From the NCBI GenBank assembly GCA_963845535.1, contig CAWJSK010000012.1, forward strand, positions 128,001 to 192,000: a DNA stretch of 64,000 nucleotides, written 5' to 3'. Both the position numbers and the translations under genes were made by a program. Origin of the DNA: an uncultured Spirochaetota bacterium. GTDB taxonomy: Bacteria > Spirochaetota > Spirochaetia > SZUA-6 > Fen-1364. The stretch's first letter is position 1, and each line of letters opens with the position of its first letter. Below are positions 31,365 through 40,119 of this stretch, piece after piece. Below the pieces are notes generated by a model. That model did no database searches. It was given only the letters and a program-made list of their open reading frames with translations, and was not told where the DNA came from.

Positions 31365-31480
31365 ATGAATCCCATTCATCATTGAAGGGGATTGTGAGAA
31401 GCAGGGACCTCCCGACGGAGGATGAAGGGCTCTCGAAGAGAGTCAACCCTGACATGAGCCTCTCACATCCCCTTCCCCTT
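31365..31480 (+). ncRNA. Candidate structured small RNA (no family recognised)
   Basis: Outer stem 31384-31402/31458-31475 closes a junction with CAGGG/CCCTG, CCTCC-CGAC-GGAGG and GGCTCTC-GAA-GAGAGTC; has its own promoter and a pyrimidine tail. Confidence 0.55.
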
Positions 31481-31481
31481 T

Positions 31482-31519
31482 CCTGAAACATCGCCCCCTG
31501 AAACATCGCTCCCCTGAGA
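31482..31519 (+). repeat. 15-bp tandem repeat (about 2.5 copies)
   Basis: CCTGAAACATCGCCC CCTGAAACATCGCTC CCCTGAGA. Confidence 0.75.
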
Positions 31520-31538
31520 TTTGCCGCCGCCGCTTCCA

Positions 31539-32012
31539 TTACCGGAAGCCGAGCATCACCGGCACGATGCTGGGGGCGAAGATGCGCAACCCGAGGAGAG
31601 CCTGGATAACGGCGCAGCCGGCCGCGGCAAGCAGGAACAGGCTTCGGAGCACCACGTCGCGGAAGCCGCGGAGAACCAACCTCGACAGGAAAAACGAAGC
31701 GGCGCCCGCTCCCACTGCCGCAATTCCCAGGAGGGCGAGCCGCAGCGCCCCGTCAGAGGCTCCCCATCGCCGATATGCCTGCCAGCCGAGAAAAAACGCC
31801 AGCAGTATGGCGACGCCAAGAGCAAAGCCGGTCCGAACGCGCTCGGTTCCGTGCGCGGCGCTGAGAAGGACGGCCAGGACGACGAGCAGGTCGATGGACG
31901 GGACAGCCAGAGAGGCCAGCGGCGAAACAAGGGAGAAGCGGGGACCGTTCAGGAGAAGGTCGAAACAAACCATGCCGGCCAGCAGCCCGGGCGCTCGAAG
32001 CGGTTCGACCAT
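31539..32012 (-). CDS. Small integral membrane protein
   Basis: 157 aa with about 5 hydrophobic segments; starts a few nt after the GNAT stop. Confidence 0.7.
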   Translation of the reverse strand: MVEPLRAPGLLAGMVCFDLLLNGPRFSLVSPLASLAVPSIDLLVVLAVLLSAAHGTERVRTGFALGVAILLAFFLGWQAYRRWGASDGALRLALLGIAAVGAGAASFFLSRLVLRGFRDVVLRSLFLLAAAGCAVIQALLGLRIFAPSIVPVMLGFR

Positions 32013-32018
32013 GGCGGG

Positions 32019-32507
32019 TCAGACCACCTTGAGGTAAATGACCTTTGCGTCCCCCGGCGCGTAGAAATCGTCCAGCACGGCAACGGGAGAATAGCCGCGC
32101 GCGAGATAGAACCCCCGGGTGGGCTCGTACAGCTCCCTCATGGAGGTCTCGATGTAAACGCGGTTTCCCCCGAGGCCGCGGATGGCTTTCTCACTGGCGT
32201 CGAGGAGCTGTTTCCCCAGTCCCTTGCCACGATAGCTCCCGGCAACGACGATCCAGTACAGGTCGAAGCTCGTGCGGGTGCAGGCGATGGGACCATAACT
32301 GGTGTACCCCACGGTCTGCCCGTCCTCTTCGGCGAACAGGAAGTGGTATCCGCACCGGGGTCCCTTGTCCAGCCTGTCCTCGATGAGCTCGACCGCTGTG
32401 TCGACCTCCTCGGGATAAAAGAACCCCGTGGACTCCGTGATGGAACGGATCCTCTCCACGTCGGCTCTTTCGACAGAGTTACGGATGGTGATCACCTGGG
32501 TGCCCAT
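32019..32507 (-). CDS. GNAT N-acetyltransferase
   Basis: Start MGTQVITIRN; FDLYWIVV, RGKGLG acetyl-CoA motif A, FYLARGY. Confidence 0.9.
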   Translation of the reverse strand: MGTQVITIRNSVERADVERIRSITESTGFFYPEEVDTAVELIEDRLDKGPRCGYHFLFAEEDGQTVGYTSYGPIACTRTSFDLYWIVVAGSYRGKGLGKQLLDASEKAIRGLGGNRVYIETSMRELYEPTRGFYLARGYSPVAVLDDFYAPGDAKVIYLKVV

Positions 32508-33553
32508 GTATTTGGCTCCTTCGTGCGTCGGCCCGGCATGAGCCGCGCCTCGGCTTTTCTGTAAGAATCCTCTACTACGCGACGAACCACGTCGTCCCGT
32601 GAAAGTCCCGCCCGAGCGGCGGCGGCCATGAAACCGGCGTCCGGCGACAGGCAGGGGTTGGTGTTGACCTCCAGGACCCACGGCTTGCCGTCAGCGTCGA
32701 CGCGAAAATCGACCCTCGCATATCCCCGCAGGCCGAAAAGCTCCCAGCATGAGAGGCTGAGATGCTTCAGGGTGTCCAGCAGCGCGGCGTCCCGAGGGGT
32801 GAAGTCGAAGCTGCGCGGCGTGCTGCCGTACTCGAACGAGCTCTCCTCCCACTTCGCGTTGTACCCCACGAAGCGCGGTTTCCCCTCTGGATAGCCGACG
32901 AACGTGATCTCCGCGGGCGGAAGCCCCTGCGGACAATCACTGTCTTCCTGCCCTCCGAGCAAGGCAAGGTTGAACTCCCTCCCTTCGATGTAGCGTTCGA
33001 CAAAAAGCTGGTCCGCGCTCTCCCGGGAGGACCGACGGCGCACTTCGGATTCAAGCTCATCCAACGAGCGCGCCACCGCGCTGTCCGCCATGCCAATGGA
33101 GGCGTGCTCCCAGATCGATTTCACAATGAAAGGCGGCGCAAAATCCAGCTCCGAGCGCAAAGCTTCCGCGGCAGTGGTCCACGCCGGCGTCTCGATCCCG
33201 GCGGCGGCCAGCATCTTCTTTGCCAGCAGCTTGTGAGAGGTAAGGAAGACGGCTTCCGTGGGGGCCCCCGTGAAGGGGATACCGAGGCTTTCGAGGAGGC
33301 TGGGGGCCAGGTGTATCAGGCTCCCTTTCCCCTCGACGGTCTCAGCAAGATTGAAGACGAGCGCGGGATTCAGCGACCGAAGTCTTTCCGCGGCGCTGGA
33401 AAGATCAAGGGCCAGCTCCACCTCTTCGGTGGCGTACCCGAGCGATTGCAGTGAGTCGCGCACCGTCTGGACTTGGACGAGGACATCTTTTTCATCCTCT
33501 CCGGCTTCAGCGTCAACCCGCCCATACAGGAGCGCTATCGTTTGTTGGCCCAT
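32492..33553 (-). CDS. ATP-grasp ligase, D-Ala-D-Ala ligase-like (non-canonical)
   Basis: VFNLAE, IPFTG, KSIWEHASIG, ERYIEGREF, YARVDFRVD, LEVNTNP; lacks the Ddl GGxSxE motif. Confidence 0.88.
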   Translation of the reverse strand: MGQQTIALLYGRVDAEAGEDEKDVLVQVQTVRDSLQSLGYATEEVELALDLSSAAERLRSLNPALVFNLAETVEGKGSLIHLAPSLLESLGIPFTGAPTEAVFLTSHKLLAKKMLAAAGIETPAWTTAAEALRSELDFAPPFIVKSIWEHASIGMADSAVARSLDELESEVRRRSSRESADQLFVERYIEGREFNLALLGGQEDSDCPQGLPPAEITFVGYPEGKPRFVGYNAKWEESSFEYGSTPRSFDFTPRDAALLDTLKHLSLSCWELFGLRGYARVDFRVDADGKPWVLEVNTNPCLSPDAGFMAAAARAGLSRDDVVRRVVEDSYRKAEARLMPGRRTKEPNTWAPR

Positions 33554-33568
33554 GGAAGGTCGTACTCA

Positions 33569-33597
33569 GCTCCGCCGCGGCCTGGCCGCGGCGGAGC
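33569..33597. repeat. Perfect 13-bp inverted repeat between kamA and the ligase
   Basis: GCTCCGCCGCGGC-CTG-GCCGCGGCGGAGC. Confidence 0.8.
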
Positions 33598-33608
33598 ATC
33601 ATCTCTCC

Positions 33609-34910
33609 TTATCGACAGGGCTCTTGAGGATCTGGGTAGCGGAAATACAGGTCCTGATAGTTCCTCAGGACCAGATCATCACCGTCCCAACCCACCGTGT
33701 AATCAGGCAGAAGAGGTATCTTCCCGCCCCCTTGCGGAGCATCGATCACGTAGTTCGGCACGGCGTACCCCGAGGTGTGGCCGCGCAGACCCTTGATGAT
33801 CTCCAGGCCCTTGCGGACCGGTGTCCTGAAGTGGGCCGATCCGATGATGGGATCACACTGGTAGAGGTAGTACGGCTTCACGCGCGCCATGAGGAGGCCG
33901 TGCATGAGGCGCTTCATCACGTCTACCGTGTCATTGATTCCCGCAAGCAGGACGGTCTGGCTCCCGAGCGGGATGCCGGCGTCCGCCAGGCGCGCGCACG
34001 CCTCCCGCGTCTCCTCCGTCAGCTCGTCCGGGTGCGTACAATGGATGCTCATCCACAAGGGGTGGAAGCGCTTGAGCATGCGCGTGAGCGCCGGGGTGAT
34101 CCGCTGAGGCATCACCACGGGGGCCTTGGTGCCGATGCGCAGGAACTCCACGTGGGGGATGCGGCGCAGCCGGCTCAGGAGCCATTCGAGCTTCTCATCC
34201 GACAGCGTGAGCGGGTCCCCTCCGGAGAGGAGGACGTCACGCACCTCCGTGTGCTCCGTGATGTAGGCAATGGCCTGCTCCCACTGGGCCTGGAAGAAGA
34301 TGCTGTTGGCATCCGGGTTCTCCACGATGCGCGACCGCGTGCAGTAGCGGCAGTTGGAGGCGCAGGTGTTGGCCACGAGGAAAAGGACCCTGTCCGGATA
34401 GCGGTGCACGAGGCACGGCACCGGGCTGTCCCTGTCCTCTCCCAGAGGGTCTTCAGCCTCTCCCGGCGCGCGGAGGTATTCCTCCATGACGGGAATCATG
34501 GTCCGCCGAAGCGGCTGATTGGGGTCATCCGCGTCGATCAGGCTGAGGTAGTACGGGGTGATGGCGAACGGCAGGGACCCTGTGCGGCGGTTGATTGCCG
34601 TGCGCTCGTCCTCCGAGAGCCGGATGATCTTCTCCAGCGCCTCCGGTGTGCGGATCCGGTTTCTCATCTGCCAGCGCCAGTCACACCATTCCGCGGCCAT
34701 GGCAAACGGAAAGAAGCGGGCGCGGAACTCTTCAGAGCGCCGGGAAGTGGGAAACTTCGGCGATGGCGGGGAGCTTCTCTTGAAAGTTCTCTGGTAGGAC
34801 TTGAAAGGTGGGATCGTAGTCCGGATACCGGCAAGCCCGGCAAGCTCCTGGACTACGGGGCTTGTACCTGGAGGTTCTGCCTCCTCAGTGCTGAGCACTC
34901 TGGTTTCCAT
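33609..34910 (-). CDS. kamA: KamA-family radical SAM lysine 2,3-aminomutase
   Basis: HRYPDR, CASNCRYC, LLSGGDPL, YLYQCD, VIDAPQGGGK (PLP lysine). Confidence 0.92.
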   Translation of the reverse strand: METRVLSTEEAEPPGTSPVVQELAGLAGIRTTIPPFKSYQRTFKRSSPPSPKFPTSRRSEEFRARFFPFAMAAEWCDWRWQMRNRIRTPEALEKIIRLSEDERTAINRRTGSLPFAITPYYLSLIDADDPNQPLRRTMIPVMEEYLRAPGEAEDPLGEDRDSPVPCLVHRYPDRVLFLVANTCASNCRYCTRSRIVENPDANSIFFQAQWEQAIAYITEHTEVRDVLLSGGDPLTLSDEKLEWLLSRLRRIPHVEFLRIGTKAPVVMPQRITPALTRMLKRFHPLWMSIHCTHPDELTEETREACARLADAGIPLGSQTVLLAGINDTVDVMKRLMHGLLMARVKPYYLYQCDPIIGSAHFRTPVRKGLEIIKGLRGHTSGYAVPNYVIDAPQGGGKIPLLPDYTVGWDGDDLVLRNYQDLYFRYPDPQEPCR

Positions 34911-35249
34911 CTCTGTAAGGACTCCTTCATCTCATGCGGCCGCTGCCTTGCGCGGTCTGTCCGCGCAGTTGCTGCGGCACTCTGCTGGAAGGTACAACGC
35001 CCTTCCCATGGGCTTGAGAGTTTCCCGTGCCCTGTCACGCTTGTGCAAGCCACGTGCGGGTATGCGGTTCCCCTCCCCCATGAAGCTGTCAAAGCAATGC
35101 ATACTACATCAAAAAAAAGAATGCAAGCGAGATTTCGAGCCGCAGGGCTCTTTTTGCGGCCCTCCTCACCGGTTCTCCCCTACTTCCGTGAAGTAGTGCA
35201 TCACGATCTGTATCGGCGCGTTCTCCCGAAATCTGATACACTCTGGTCC

Positions 35250-36642
35250 GTGTCTCGTGACAAGGCAATACTCGTCGGCGTCGAGCTGAAAGGGAGGGAA
35301 GCGGCCTGGACCATCCAGGATTCCCTCGAAGAGCTCGGGCGCCTGGCCAGGACCGCCGGACTTTCCGTTGCGGGGCAGACCTGGCAGAAACTTCCCCGAC
35401 CTAGTGCATCGACATGGATCGGATCCGGCAAGGTGGAGGAGATCGCCCGGCTCATGGCCGCGGAAGATGCCGCCTATGTCCTTTTCGATGACGAGCTCTC
35501 CCCCGGGCAGCAGAGAAACCTGGAAGAAGCCCTGGGGGAAAACGCGCGGGTCATAGACCGCACGCGGCTCATCCTCGACATATTCAGCCTCAACGCGCGC
35601 TCGGCCGAGGGCAAGCTCCAGGTCGAGCTTGCCCAGTACCAGTACCTGCTCCCCCGGTTGGCCGGCATGCGCAGAGGCCTGGCGCAACAGGTGGGAGGGT
35701 CTGGCGCCGGTCCCGTGGGACTTCGAGGGCCTGGGGAAACACAGCTTGGAAATGGACAGGCGGCAGGCGCGGCGGCGGATCACCGCGTTGAAGCGGGGTC
35801 TCGAAGAGGTCCGAACCCAGAGGCGCCAGCACCGAAGGCAGCGGCTCAGGGCAGGCCTGCCCGTGATCGCCCTCGTCGGCTACACGAACGCCGGCAAGAG
35901 CTCGCTTCTCAACGCGCTGACCGGGGCAGGCGTCCTGGTTCAGGACCGGTTGTTCGCCACCTTGGACCCTACCACGCGCCGCCTGATGCTTCCCGGCGGC
36001 CGGGAGGCTCTGGTAACGGACACGGTCGGGTTCATCCGAAAGCTGCCCCACGAGCTGGTGGCGGCATTCCGCGCCACGCTGGAGGGCATCGAAGAGGCGT
36101 CCTTGATCCTCCACGTCGTGGACGGGAGCCATCCCCACGCATCTGAGCAGGTGGCGGCGGTGCAATCGGTGCTCTCGTCGCTTGCCATCGCCCATACTCC
36201 GCTGCTCATGGTCTGGAACAAGGCGGACCTGCTCCCTGACCGCAGCCTTCCGCAGCTTCCCGGCACGGCCCATCACGGCTCGCTGTCAATCAGCGCAAAA
36301 ACCGGGGAGAGCATCCCGGCTCTTCTTGCGCAAATAGAGCGGAGCCTGGCCGAGGGTCTTGCAGACATGGACCTCCTCATCCCGTACGAACGCTACGACC
36401 TTGTGACGCAGCTCTACGAGCAGGGAACCGTGTGGTCCAAAGAAGAGACGCCGGAGGGGGTGCGGATCAGCGCGTCGGTCCCGCGGGCGTTCGCTGAGAA
36501 GCTGGAGGGGTTCGCGCTTTCAAAAAAAGAGCATCACGGCAGAGGCAAACGTCAACACCTGCATGGAGACGTTGAACGCCTTCTGGGGGAGGCGGCGGGC
36601 GGCGAGGATCCCGAGGACAGCGCCGGCAAGGACGGCCCCTGA
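35250..36642 (+). CDS. hflX: GTPase HflX (+1 frameshift near 35746; true 3' end uncertain)
   Basis: IGSGKVEE, LILDIF, GKLQVELAQ, RGPGETQL then EMDRR, VGYTNAGKS, LFATLDPT, DTVGFI, NKAD, SAKTG. Confidence 0.93.
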
Positions 36643-37270
36643 GAGGACCGCGTCGAACGCAAGGGACGCGGGGGTGATCAGGCCCAGGCTGATGCTGAAC
36701 GGCACCTTGACCCAGTTCAGCACGGCGAAAAACCAGGCGCCGGTGCCGAGGAACTCGTCCTTGGGAAGGCGCATGGCCAGCAGGTACACCATCATCACCG
36801 GCCCCGCGGCGTTTGCAAGCATGGTCGTTGCGCCCGCCAGGAGCCCCGCCAGGGCGGCGAACCACCACGCGGACGGGACGTCTGCTTTTCCCCGGGACGC
36901 CAGGTCACGCCACAGCCCGACTCCGAGCATGACAATGACAATGACGCCGATCACCGGCCGCAGCTCGACGGTCGTTGATCCTGCCCATTGCAAAGAAACC
37001 GATGACAATGCCCGCTAATGCCCACGGGAAAAGCCGCAGGAGGTGACGCCACACCGCGTGCCTGCGGTACCAGATGACGGCAACGGCGTCCCCGAGGATC
37101 AGCAAGGGAAGGAGCGCGCCGGTGGAGACCCGGGCGGGCAGGACGAACGCAAAGAGTGGAACGAAAATGATCCCGAGACCCGGGATGCCTGTCTTGCTGA
37201 GGCCGGCGATGAAGGAGCTGACCGCTGTCAGGGTCCATCCGCCGGCGGTGAGGGCGTAGGTGCCCGTCAC
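36520..37270 (-). CDS. TauE/SafE sulfite exporter family membrane protein (+1 frameshift near 36970)
   Basis: GLSKTGIPGLG, LLPLLILGD in one frame, then TMLANAAGP, KVPF in a second frame. Confidence 0.85.
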
Positions 37271-40119
37271 CAGGAAGCTCTCCCCGCCTTCTCCCGGTAT
37301 TCGGAATACGTGGTGAACGGGTCGCTGATGGACGGATCCTTGGAAGGATCAACGAACGCCACCGTGTTGCGTGACCTCTTGGCGAAGTACAACGCCCGGT
37401 CGCTTTTCTCCACGGCCCGCGAAAGATCCGTGACGCCCGTGACGTCTGCAACCCCCAGGGAAAGCGTCCCGCACGGCTCCCCGCTCGCGCTTGCAAGCTG
37501 GTGCACGTCGCTCATTGCCTCATGCCCAGCCACCGCCTGTTCCTGGGCATAGCGCAGCCTCTCCGCGAGGATGATCCCCGTGTGCAGGTCCGAAGGAATA
37601 ACCACAAGCAACTCCTCGCCTCCGTAGCGCACTCCGATGTCTCCTTCCCGGATGTTGTCCAGGATAAGCTGCGCAGTGGATTTCAGCACCTCGTCTCCCC
37701 GGGGATGCCCAAGCTCGTCGTTCACCCACTTGAAGTGGTCAATGTCGATCATCAGGAGCGTAAGCGGTTTGCCCTGCGCTTTGAGCTTCGCAATCTTCTT
37801 GGAGAGCTCGTTTACGAAGTAATCTTTGTTCCTCAGGCCGGTCATGGAATCAACGTAGCGGCCGGGGAACTCTTCCTTGAGCGTGGCCTGGAGGGTTTCC
37901 AGCGCCCCCCTTCCCCGCGCGCCGCGCTCCCGTGACCACCGTTCCGCCTCCGCCGTGGATGACACCACGACTCCGTGGCCAGCAGCGGCGGCGAAGCTCT
38001 TAGGGTCATTCAGGAGGTAATTGTACAGCTCGGCGACCCCCCGGAAGATGTCGATGAACCCTATCTGAGCCTTCTGGGGGATGTCAAGGACGGACTCGTG
38101 ATGCCGGGCCTCGATCCAGCGGCGCACCTGGCGCGTGACGGGTCGGTAGTCCGGGGATGAGGTCTGTGACCTGGCAATGAAGTCCACGAGCCTTCGGGAG
38201 GCGAGCTCGGCGGCCACCTTGGCGCGCACGGGGTCATCCGCGCCGAGCAGCTCCTGGTTGATGACCCGCCCGACGTCGGCAAGCAGCTCAGCCAGGCGCG
38301 CCGCCAGCTCATACAGCTTGGGCCCCTCGTAATGGTCCGGCTCCGTGATCACGTGGCCGAAACCCTTGATGACCCGGTTGCGCAGGCGGTTGATCCTCTC
38401 CTCGATCCCCCGGGCCCGCTGGCTTTCCCGGAACAGCTTCACGAACCTGGCGTCCCCCTCGATTTCACGGGCAAACTCGCGGACCTCGTCGAGGTACGGG
38501 TCGAACAGGCGTCCGTACACCTCCGACCAGAGGCCGCGCAGCGTGATCAGCTCCCCAGCGAGGGTCTCCCGTCCCAGGACCTTTTCGAGGGCATACGGCT
38601 CCATGGAGGAGAGGAGGTCATCCAGGATGGTATGGAAGACCATGACCAGGCCAATGACGTCGGAGGAGGCGAGGTGCTCCATGTCGGTGAGCCGGGACTG
38701 GAACAGCGTGGTGCGCGTGAACACCCTGTTCACGAAGTACGGAAGGACATATTCTCCCTGATCCACACGCTCGATGCCGGAATCCGGGAACAGCGTCATC
38801 AGCGTGGAAAGAGTCCCCTCGAACTGAATGGAAAACTTCTCCTCTTTCTCCTGCTCCAGCCTTTCAAGCTCTTTTGCTCTTTGCTCGGCAAGCGCCTGTT
38901 CCTGCTGCTCGCGCGCCCTGCGCTGCCAGCTCTCCCACGTGAGGACCTGCTCCTCCCGCAGCTCCAGGAACGCCAGCACGCGCTCGCGTTTCTCCGGGCT
39001 CTGGTCTTGTTCGTCGTAGAAGGATGCGATCATCTTGAGGAGCGCCGGGTACAGCTCATGGCCGTATTTTCTCAGGTTCTGATAGGCCGCGCGAAAAAGC
39101 CCCTCCGCATCCGTCAGATCGCTCAAGCTTTGTTCACCAGGGTGAAGCGACAGGTTGACGTCCCGTACGACGTCGAAAAGCCCGTCCAGCTTGTCTCTCT
39201 CGACGGCTTCGGTGACGGCGATGAGCCGGCAACCGTCCTTCACGACCCGGGCAGTCTCGGCCACGCGCGCGCGCCCTCCGGAGGCGAGCTTTGCTTCCAG
39301 GTAGGCAAGGCTTTTTCGAAGCATCTCATAGGGCTGGGTGAACTCCCCCAGGAACTCGAGCGCGAAAGGCTCCCGGGAGCGAAGTGCCCGCACAACGTCG
39401 TCTCCGCGCGCATCCCCCCCGGTCTCTTCCGCGGGCGCCGTCCCCACAGGTCCGCGCCCCAGGAGCGAGCGCGCACTGTCACGCAGCGCATCCAGGTTGT
39501 CGACGAAGGAAAGCTCGAACGGGTTCTCTCCCTGATATCCTTTTCGCTCGGCGAGGAAACGCATGAATCCGGCGCTCACAAGGTCTTCCCGCGCGGGATC
39601 GAAGACGCTGAGCAGGTCCTCCACGCGCTCCAGGAGCCGCGTAATGAGGAATCCGTTTCGATACGCATAGCGGTTGATCCGCCTGCGAAGCCACGGAGGC
39701 ACTGTAGGCAGCCAGTCGATTGCCCGCTTGCCGGATTCCCCGACAGTGTTCTGTTTTTCCCCCTGCTTTTCGGGCGCTCTCTCCTGCCCCAGGCTCACCA
39801 GGCCGGAGGCGGCGGCACGGTTCAGACCGGCCTCTCGCGTCAAGGTCTCGTCCCGCGCGGGGAGAACCCTGCGGGCAGCGGATGCATTGGAGACGGGGGC
39901 GGGAGGCGGCTCAGCGCGCCTGTCCCGCACTACGGGCTGCGGCTTCGGCCGCTCCAACGCGGCCCGGGTCCTCCGGCGGACCTCCTCCTCCCCGTAGCCT
40001 TTCTCCCGCAGGTCTCGGTAGACCCGTTCGATTTGCTGGCGGGAGACGCCCTGCTTGAGCAGGTTTTCATAGAGTGTGTTTTTTTCCTTGTCCTCAGGGG
40101 GCATCTGCCACGGCTCCAC
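37267..40119 (-). CDS. Diguanylate cyclase (GGDEF domain) with ~750-aa unknown helical N-terminus
   Basis: DSMTGLRN, DIDHFKWVNDELGHPRGD, REGD I-site, RYGGEEL, SLG, DRALYFAK. Confidence 0.9.
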   Translation of the reverse strand: MEPWQMPPEDKEKNTLYENLLKQGVSRQQIERVYRDLREKGYGEEEVRRRTRAALERPKPQPVVRDRRAEPPPAPVSNASAARRVLPARDETLTREAGLNRAAASGLVSLGQERAPEKQGEKQNTVGESGKRAIDWLPTVPPWLRRRINRYAYRNGFLITRLLERVEDLLSVFDPAREDLVSAGFMRFLAERKGYQGENPFELSFVDNLDALRDSARSLLGRGPVGTAPAEETGGDARGDDVVRALRSREPFALEFLGEFTQPYEMLRKSLAYLEAKLASGGRARVAETARVVKDGCRLIAVTEAVERDKLDGLFDVVRDVNLSLHPGEQSLSDLTDAEGLFRAAYQNLRKYGHELYPALLKMIASFYDEQDQSPEKRERVLAFLELREEQVLTWESWQRRAREQQEQALAEQRAKELERLEQEKEEKFSIQFEGTLSTLMTLFPDSGIERVDQGEYVLPYFVNRVFTRTTLFQSRLTDMEHLASSDVIGLVMVFHTILDDLLSSMEPYALEKVLGRETLAGELITLRGLWSEVYGRLFDPYLDEVREFAREIEGDARFVKLFRESQRARGIEERINRLRNRVIKGFGHVITEPDHYEGPKLYELAARLAELLADVGRVINQELLGADDPVRAKVAAELASRRLVDFIARSQTSSPDYRPVTRQVRRWIEARHHESVLDIPQKAQIGFIDIFRGVAELYNYLLNDPKSFAAAAGHGVVVSSTAEAERWSRERGARGRGALETLQATLKEEFPGRYVDSMTGLRNKDYFVNELSKKIAKLKAQGKPLTLLMIDIDHFKWVNDELGHPRGDEVLKSTAQLILDNIREGDIGVRYGGEELLVVIPSDLHTGIILAERLRYAQEQAVAGHEAMSDVHQLASASGEPCGTLSLGVADVTGVTDLSRAVEKSDRALYFAKRSRNTVAFVDPSKDPSISDPFTTYSEYREKAGRASW

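Noticed and set aside
31361..31400. Hammerhead ribozyme (CTGATGA present)
   Set aside because: No correctly placed GAAA or stem I/III with an NUH cleavage site.
31258..31539. N-terminal 94-aa extension of the NUDIX ORF
   Set aside because: Not protein-like, runs through the RNA structure and repeats, and a promoter sits directly before ATG 31257.
32492..33553. Housekeeping ddl or vancomycin-resistance ligase
   Set aside because: Lacks the GGxSxE and GSS motifs, and there is no mur or van gene context.
35740..35755. Programmed ribosomal frameshifting in hflX, eno or the SBP
   Set aside because: No slippery heptamer or stimulatory structure. The same +1 pattern recurs in unrelated genes, which fits sequencing error.
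33258..36146. 962-aa + strand ORF that looks like a giant HflX fusion
   Set aside because: Its first ~660 codons are antisense to kamA/ligase and the intergenic region. Only the part from GTG 35250 is HflX, and it then frameshifts.
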